From Candidatus Woesearchaeota archaeon (GTDB lineage: Archaea > Nanobdellota > Nanobdellia > Woesearchaeales > UBA583), in assembly GCA_965205335.1 (NCBI GenBank), contig OZ242164.1:832001-896000 (forward strand): a stretch of 64,000 bases of DNA, in the 5' to 3' direction. The notes under the pieces were generated by a model, which worked only from the letters and a program-made list of their open reading frames with translations, was not told the origin of the DNA and searched no databases. The first letter of the stretch is position 1, and each line of letters opens with the position of its first letter. This document shows positions 58,485 through 64,000 of this stretch, piece after piece. The translations under genes were made by a program, and so were the position numbers.

Positions 58485-59747
58485 ATGGATAATAAAAACC
58501 TTTACAGTAAAATAAAAAAATATGGAGCTTCGGCAGGACTGCTGTTTGGGCTCTTTTTAGGAGGTTGTGATTACAATTTTCATGATAAAAATAACTCTTC
58601 AGATGCTCAAACTAATAAAGTTACAAAAACCCTTCCTTTAGAGTATTCCAAAAGACATCCATCAATACAAGCCTTAATTAAAGATAGAGGTGTTGAATAC
58701 TACCCTCCTAGTTCTTTTCAAACATGGACTCATTCATTAGTTGATATTTGTACAGGCACAGGTATTTGCTCAAAAGACGAATATAAGAGGCAAAGGTACA
58801 GACGAGTTTTTATAAGACTTGATGGAAAACTTGCAGGAACTGTAAATAGTAATACATTACCAGCAAGTATTAGAGGAGGTCAGCCCAGACGATTTAATGA
58901 AACAGAATGGAAACAAGTTGACGTGAGAATTAAAAGTGGACATGATTATGTTATTCCTTTTAATCAAGGTGATAAAGGATATCCATTTGGATTTAAATGT
59001 AATGGAAACATATTAAGAATCGGAATTGAGAGATACCTAAGGGGAGATATTAGAGGAGAGTATGGAGAATATGGGGAATATAATGTAGATTTTTACGAAG
59101 CATCATGGGGTGTTTATGTTGAAAATGGATTTCGGAAAAGAGGGATATTGCCAGAAGAGATATTTTATATAGTTAATGGTATGGCAAATGTTGAGAGTAA
59201 TTTCCTAAGAAGTGCAGAAAATAGTTCAACGGGTGCAAGGGGAATACTTCAACAGATGCCCAAAACTCTTCAAGATTGTGGAGTTCCTCAAAGTATGCAT
59301 AAAGATAGACTTGCTCAACTTGATTGTGCTTATAGATATTTTGAAGATAGATTTTCTCATTATGAACCACTAATAAATAATATAAAGATTAGTTCAGAAC
59401 AAAGAAATGAATTCTTGCTTTATCTGGCTGTTCAGGCTTATCATACAGGACAAGGTAATATAGAAAAAATATTAAAAGACCCAGAATCAATTAAAATTGC
59501 AAATAGATTTGTAGAAGAAGGAAGAGACCCTATTGAAATAGTACATGGGTTAACGATATTAAATTATGGACTTGGAAATAATGGGACTAAGGTAGGATTA
59601 GTATCTAGTTCTTATCTTCCCAAAGTAATAGCATCAGTTAGAATCTTAGAAGAAGTTAGACGAAAAAGAAGAAAAGAAGGGAATAGGATTAAAGGATATT
59701 CACTCCCTCCTCTACTCTTTCCTGAAGAAGAGGAAGGTAATAAATAA
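58485..59747 (+). CDS. Lytic transglycosylase (SLT/GH23-like), putative lipoprotein; paralog of 56160
   Basis: LFLGGC lipobox-like; ANVESNF, TGARGILQQMP, AYHTGQGNI and SYLPKV. Confidence 0.87.
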   Translation: MDNKNLYSKIKKYGASAGLLFGLFLGGCDYNFHDKNNSSDAQTNKVTKTLPLEYSKRHPSIQALIKDRGVEYYPPSSFQTWTHSLVDICTGTGICSKDEYKRQRYRRVFIRLDGKLAGTVNSNTLPASIRGGQPRRFNETEWKQVDVRIKSGHDYVIPFNQGDKGYPFGFKCNGNILRIGIERYLRGDIRGEYGEYGEYNVDFYEASWGVYVENGFRKRGILPEEIFYIVNGMANVESNFLRSAENSSTGARGILQQMPKTLQDCGVPQSMHKDRLAQLDCAYRYFEDRFSHYEPLINNIKISSEQRNEFLLYLAVQAYHTGQGNIEKILKDPESIKIANRFVEEGRDPIEIVHGLTILNYGLGNNGTKVGLVSSSYLPKVIASVRILEEVRRKRRKEGNRIKGYSLPPLLFPEEEEGNK

Positions 59748-59760
59748 TCATAACTAACCC

Positions 59761-59888
59761 GGCTCTGTCCGGAAATTGCTTTTTCCAAAATCTATGCTAA
59801 CTATATTCAATCAAAGAAAAAAATTATTCGTCAAAAGTTGCTTTATTGATACAATATTTTAAGTTCTCTTGAATTTCCGGACAGAGCC
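59761..59888. mobile_element. MITE family B (128 bp)
   Basis: 17-bp perfect TIR GGCTCTGTCCGGAAATT; 8-bp TSD ACTAACCC (59753-59760 and 59889-59896). Confidence 0.92.
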
Positions 59889-59902
59889 ACTAACCCAAAA
59901 CT

Positions 59903-59910
59903 TTTATATA
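59903..59910 (+). promoter_or_regulatory. TATA box (TTTATATA) of aIF2-gamma
   Basis: 21 nt upstream of ATG 59932. Confidence 0.7.
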
Positions 59911-59931
59911 AGAACTTGAATTTATTTTTTT

Positions 59932-61146
59932 ATGTCATCAGATAACCTTCCAGTTCAACCGACAATTAATATGGGAATTGTTGGACATGTAGACCATGGA
60001 AAAACAACATTAACTAAACTTCTCTCGGGAAAATGGACTGATACGCACTCAGAAGAAATCAAAAGAGGAATTACAATAAAATTAGGATATACTAACTTTA
60101 CAATATATGAAAACTCAGATACATATTCAACAAAAAAAGAAGAGGGAGTACCTGTCAGGAAAATCTCAATAGTAGATGCCCCAGGTCACGAATCATTTAT
60201 GGCTACAATGATTTCAGGAGCCGCTGTTATGGATTGCGCCTTATTAGTCATTGCCGCAAACGAAAAATGTCCTCAGGCTCAAACAATTGAACACCTCAAA
60301 ACACTTGAAATCGCAGATGCAAAAAACATAATCATTGTCCAGAATAAAATAGATTTAGTTACAAAAGAAGAAGCCCTTGAAAATTTCAGGCAAATTAAAG
60401 CCTTTCTTAAAGGGACAATGGTGGAAAATGCTCCCATAATCCCAATCTCAGCCCAGCACGGAGCTAACCTATCAAACCTATTAAAATACATCTACAAAAC
60501 ATTTGAAAACCCAATCAGGGACACATCAGGAAATCCGAATATGAATATAATACGTTCATTTGACATTAACAAACCTGGAGAATCATATAAAAACCTAAAG
60601 GGGGGAATTCTTGGTGGAGCGATTAAATCAGGAACACTAAAAGTAGGAGATGAACTTGAAATAAAACCGGGACTTCAAAAATCAAAAGAAGGAAGAGTAA
60701 TCTGCACTCCAATAATTGCAAAAGTTGAGGACTTAATGTCAGACAAAGATAAACTAGAAAATGCAATCCCAGGAGGTTCCATCGCAATTATGACGGAATT
60801 AGACCCATACATAACCAAAACAGATTCATTAGTTGGTCAAATTGTAGGAATTAAAGACACTCTGCCTGAACCCTTATCTGAATTAACATTTGAACTGCAT
60901 ATGTTTGATAAAATAACCACATCCTCAGGAGAACACCCAGTTAAACCAATAATATTAGGAGAACCGTTAATGCTAATTGTTAATTCAATGACAACAGTTG
61001 GAGTTACCATTAAAGTAAACCCAAAAGAAGCATCAGTTAAATTAAAAAGACCGATTATGGCATTTGGGAATGATAGAGTAGTTATTTTCAGAAGATTTGA
61101 AGGAAACAAATGGAAAATAATGGGCTATGGAATAATTAAGAGTTAA
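59932..61146 (+). CDS. eif2g: Translation initiation factor aIF2 gamma subunit
   Basis: GHVDHGKTT, HSEEIKRGITIKLGY, DAPGHE, QNKID and RSFDINKPG. Confidence 0.97.
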   Translation: MSSDNLPVQPTINMGIVGHVDHGKTTLTKLLSGKWTDTHSEEIKRGITIKLGYTNFTIYENSDTYSTKKEEGVPVRKISIVDAPGHESFMATMISGAAVMDCALLVIAANEKCPQAQTIEHLKTLEIADAKNIIIVQNKIDLVTKEEALENFRQIKAFLKGTMVENAPIIPISAQHGANLSNLLKYIYKTFENPIRDTSGNPNMNIIRSFDINKPGESYKNLKGGILGGAIKSGTLKVGDELEIKPGLQKSKEGRVICTPIIAKVEDLMSDKDKLENAIPGGSIAIMTELDPYITKTDSLVGQIVGIKDTLPEPLSELTFELHMFDKITTSSGEHPVKPIILGEPLMLIVNSMTTVGVTIKVNPKEASVKLKRPIMAFGNDRVVIFRRFEGNKWKIMGYGIIKS

Positions 61147-61166
61147 ATGTATCTTCAGTCACAAAA

Positions 61167-62041
61167 TGTGTAGTATTATGACATATGTCACCACCTCAAC
61201 TTTCTCTGAAAGTTGTCAAACTCATAAGGAGGAGTTCGACCAAATAAGCTCTCATGAGGCCTAAAAGCATTGTATCTATATCTAAATAACTCTAAATCAT
61301 TGTTGCAATACCTAATTTCTCTGTCAATTGTTCCAAACAAACGTTCCACTTTTCCATTTGTTTGAGGACGGTTAACTCTAGTTCTAATGTGCTTAATCTT
61401 TCTTCTTTGGCACCATTTATCAAACTTAGACTTCTTACTTGTGAGTCCATATGGTGCTCCATTGTCACTGATTATTTGATTAGGATTTCCAAATTTCTTG
61501 ATTAAATTATCAAGAAATTGTGTTACAATTGGTGTTGTAACAGTTGGAACATGTAAAATACCTAAACAATAACAGGTGGCATCATCAATGACTGCAATTA
61601 TTTTACCTTTTTCACCAAATTCACTGTCATCAATATGCCAGAGTGAATTTGAGTGTTTACGTTCAAAACGAACGTATTTAACAAGAGACCCTCTATTTCC
61701 TTCTTTACGAGTTAAATTATTCTCTCTAAGAACTTTATTAATGGTTCTCTCTGAAATATCCAGATTAGGTAGGATTTTATGAAGCTTTAATAGATCTTGT
61801 TTGGTCTTGTAGACTTATCTTGATAATCCCATATTTCTTTATCAAAACGTTGTTGCCAACGTTTTAAAGTACGAATACTTACAAAGTATTTGCACTTCTC
61901 AGCAAGTATTTTCTTGCATTTTGAATAAGAGTTTTGTTTAACTCTTAGTTTTATGAAAACTTTCCTAATTTCGTATTTTTTCATAAAATTAACAAGAATT
62001 GTTAATTTTTAGACTGGTGACATATGTCATGATACTACACA
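61167..62041 (-). mobile_element. IS481-family copy 2 with 67-bp internal deletion (frameshifted transposase pseudogene)
   Basis: Near-identical to 16503-17444 (875 versus 942 bp); deletion junction gaagctttaatagatc near 61787; no TSD visible. Confidence 0.92.
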
Positions 62042-62057
62042 TTATTATAATTAAAAT

Positions 62058-62378
62058 TTATTTACAATATTTTTTTTGAAATTTCTTTTCATCCATACAT
62101 AATAATATTATACCCTCAATAAAACCAACTATTGCAGGAATAATAGTCCAAAAAAATACTAAGTATAATATACCCATTCCTGTTTGTCCTAAATAAAATT
62201 TATGAACTCCAAGACCACCAAATAAAATTCCAAACCATCCTGCTTTTTTTCTACTTAATTCTTTTCCTTCATCTATATGTTGTTTCACACCACAATGAGG
62301 ACATATCTCTGCTTGTTTCTTAATTGCATCTCCACAAGATGAACAATATACTTCATCAAATTTCTTTTCTTTTACCAT
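62058..62378 (-). CDS. TM2/NINE-domain membrane protein with N-terminal zinc ribbon
   Basis: CSSCG...CPHCG; GGLGVHKFYLGQ..GILYLVFFWT.IP. Confidence 0.9.
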   Translation of the reverse strand: MVKEKKFDEVYCSSCGDAIKKQAEICPHCGVKQHIDEGKELSRKKAGWFGILFGGLGVHKFYLGQTGMGILYLVFFWTIIPAIVGFIEGIILLCMDEKKFQKKYCK

Positions 62379-62446
62379 TTTTATTGTTTATTTTTCTATG
62401 TATATGTGGGAATTTCTTTATATTTTATAAGTTTTTCTATGTATAT

Positions 62447-62602
62447 ATGGTAAAAAAATATGTAGGAATATCACTTCCTCAAACTTTAGTAGATAAATTA
62501 GATTTATTTTTAAAACATAATAAAGAATATCAGAATCGTTCAGATTTTATTAAAGAAGCAGTCAGAATCAGAATACAACAAATAGAAAATAATAAAAAAT
62601 AA
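62447..62602 (+). CDS. Ribbon-helix-helix (CopG/NikR-N) protein
   Basis: GISLPQTLVDKLD...NRSDFIKEAVR; start set to ATG 62447. Confidence 0.8.
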   Translation: MVKKYVGISLPQTLVDKLDLFLKHNKEYQNRSDFIKEAVRIRIQQIENNKK

Positions 62603-62686
62603 CCTTAATTTAGGTGACGTTAACTTAACAACTCAAAAAATAATTACCTTTATAAACCTTTTCGGATTAACTAAAACTATATTAAA

Positions 62687-62968
62687 ATGGTATCAGGAAG
62701 ACTAAAATCGCACAGACTAAGAAGAGTTCAGGTTAAAACATCTAAGGGAACTAAAACTCATTACAGACAAAGAAACAGAAGCATTCCAAAATGTGCTATA
62801 ACCAAAAAACCGCTTAAAGGAATTCCCAGACTGACAAATCGCAAATTTAAAAATTTAAACAAATCGCAGAAAACCGTGTCAAGAGCATACGGAGGATATA
62901 TGAGTGCAGAAGCACTAAAACAAAAAATCCTAAACGAAATAGTTCTAAACTCAGAAAATAAAAACTAA
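62687..62968 (+). CDS. rpl34e: 50S ribosomal protein L34e
   Basis: RRVQVKT, HY, L.GIPR and SR.YGG motifs. Confidence 0.92.
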   Translation: MVSGRLKSHRLRRVQVKTSKGTKTHYRQRNRSIPKCAITKKPLKGIPRLTNRKFKNLNKSQKTVSRAYGGYMSAEALKQKILNEIVLNSENKN

Positions 62969-62970
62969 AC

Positions 62971-63990
62971 TCAATACCTTAAAATTGCTCCAATTCCTCC
63001 CAGACCATCAATTATCTTTCCGCTCTCGTTTTTTGAATTCACTATAACCAAATCACCATTTAACTTCTCACAGGTATTCATCAAATCATTTAACTCATTA
63101 TATGCATTCTCATCTCTTTTTCTGCTAATCAAATCAGTTGTAACAATTAATACCTCACATGAACCCTGAGTTACTTTCTGGGAAGTATTCAAAAACCCAT
63201 AAACATACTTATCGCCCTTATTCACATTCTCAAGAAACTTAGAAACAATTTCATTTTCAAAACCTAAATTTGAATTTAGCACTAACCCCTTCTCATTAAT
63301 CTCCTTAATAACCCTTGAAACTGAACTTGCTGAAACATCCGGAAAGCTATAAACCAAAACACTCAAACCAATCTTATCTTTAACATACTTAGCCAACTTA
63401 TCTTTAAAATGCCCTGCGCCTGCCAAAACGAAATTAGAATAATCCCTTTTCAGATACTCCTCAATTATATTAAACTTCTCCTCTTCCTCATCTACCTCGC
63501 TATGATATCCTTTCTTAGAACCAAGTCCCCTCTTCTCAAACAAAACACTAAAATTAAAATCAGTAAACTCAGTTACTATTAAATCATCCTTATCAAGCAA
63601 AACCAAAAGATTCTTGGACTTTTTAGATTCCATTGAACGCTTAAGAATTTTCTCCTCAAACTTTAAAACTCTTATCTTTTCAACTTTAACCTTATCATTA
63701 ACATTAAAACTAAGCGAATGTGCCTGCCCAATTGCGGTAAACTCTGTTTCATTTTGAATCTCTCCCCAAACTCTTAAAGTATCGCTTTGAAAAGATGTTT
63801 TTAAAACTTTCAGAACCACAAAAATAACCTTTCTTACCTGCTTTGTGTTGTTATCTCCTATCTTAACTTTTCTCTCTGTTGTGGCAAAAACCTTATCCTC
63901 AGGAGCAATAAACTGAGATAAAACCCATAAATCTTCAAGACTCTCAATTAACAATTCAAAATTAAGACTTTTCCGATTAATCAACTTCAT
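62971..63990 (-). CDS. pelA: Pelota/Dom34 ribosome rescue factor
   Basis: EDLWVL..I...D.V...TERK; C-terminal GLGGIGAILRY. Confidence 0.9.
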   Translation of the reverse strand: MKLINRKSLNFELLIESLEDLWVLSQFIAPEDKVFATTERKVKIGDNNTKQVRKVIFVVLKVLKTSFQSDTLRVWGEIQNETEFTAIGQAHSLSFNVNDKVKVEKIRVLKFEEKILKRSMESKKSKNLLVLLDKDDLIVTEFTDFNFSVLFEKRGLGSKKGYHSEVDEEEEKFNIIEEYLKRDYSNFVLAGAGHFKDKLAKYVKDKIGLSVLVYSFPDVSASSVSRVIKEINEKGLVLNSNLGFENEIVSKFLENVNKGDKYVYGFLNTSQKVTQGSCEVLIVTTDLISRKRDENAYNELNDLMNTCEKLNGDLVIVNSKNESGKIIDGLGGIGAILRY

Positions 63991-64000
63991 AAAATATCCT

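Noticed and set aside
56160-59747. Bacterial contamination as the source of the SLT genes
   Set aside because: They are contiguous with archaeal hisS and aIF2-gamma and preceded by a TTTATAAA box at 56112-56119; read-level confirmation is still advisable.
61167-62041. IS481 copy 2 as a fifth test of TATA-linked insertion
   Set aside because: It has no TSD and lies between convergent gene ends, so its original target cannot be read; it does not support the pattern and could be a counter-example.
62324-62446. Hydrophobic N-terminal extension of the RHH ORF
   Set aside because: It overlaps the divergent TM2 gene and promoter region; the RHH domain begins at ATG 62447.

Overview
This is an AT-rich, gene-dense archaeal chromosome segment. 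The markers are TFB, aIF2-gamma, L34e, pelota, thermosome, Hjc, Hef, Pth2 and Trm5. The presence of GyrA, a HemK-kinase fusion, a truncated NFACT protein and KKA|IEL pilins points to a DPANN lineage, probably Woesearchaeota-like (inference). No rRNA, tRNA or CRISPR array was recognised. Four observations stand out. (1) Three apparently exported peptidoglycan-degrading enzymes occur in an organism that should have no peptidoglycan: a pilin-signal/M15A peptidase fusion (32002-32949) and two paralogous lytic transglycosylases (56160-59747). (2) An uncharacterised module at 39.5-45.6 kb has two paralogous multi-TM proteins, two helical proteins and a classical-clade AAA unfoldase, followed by orphan secreted proteins and a 1516-aa PKD adhesin; together with (1) this may be a bacterial-host attachment and wall-breaching apparatus. 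(3) All four mobile-element insertions with a readable target-site duplication (two copies of one MITE, one of a second MITE, one IS481) have the duplication ending exactly 6 bp upstream of a TTTATAWA TATA box, suggesting promoter-directed transposition. (4) A variable island at 3.4-7.6 kb contains a diverged duplicate of a gene 3' end, a PDG pseudogene and an ImmA/IrrE + DUF4411-like PIN pair. All functional calls come from reading motifs by eye; no searches were run.
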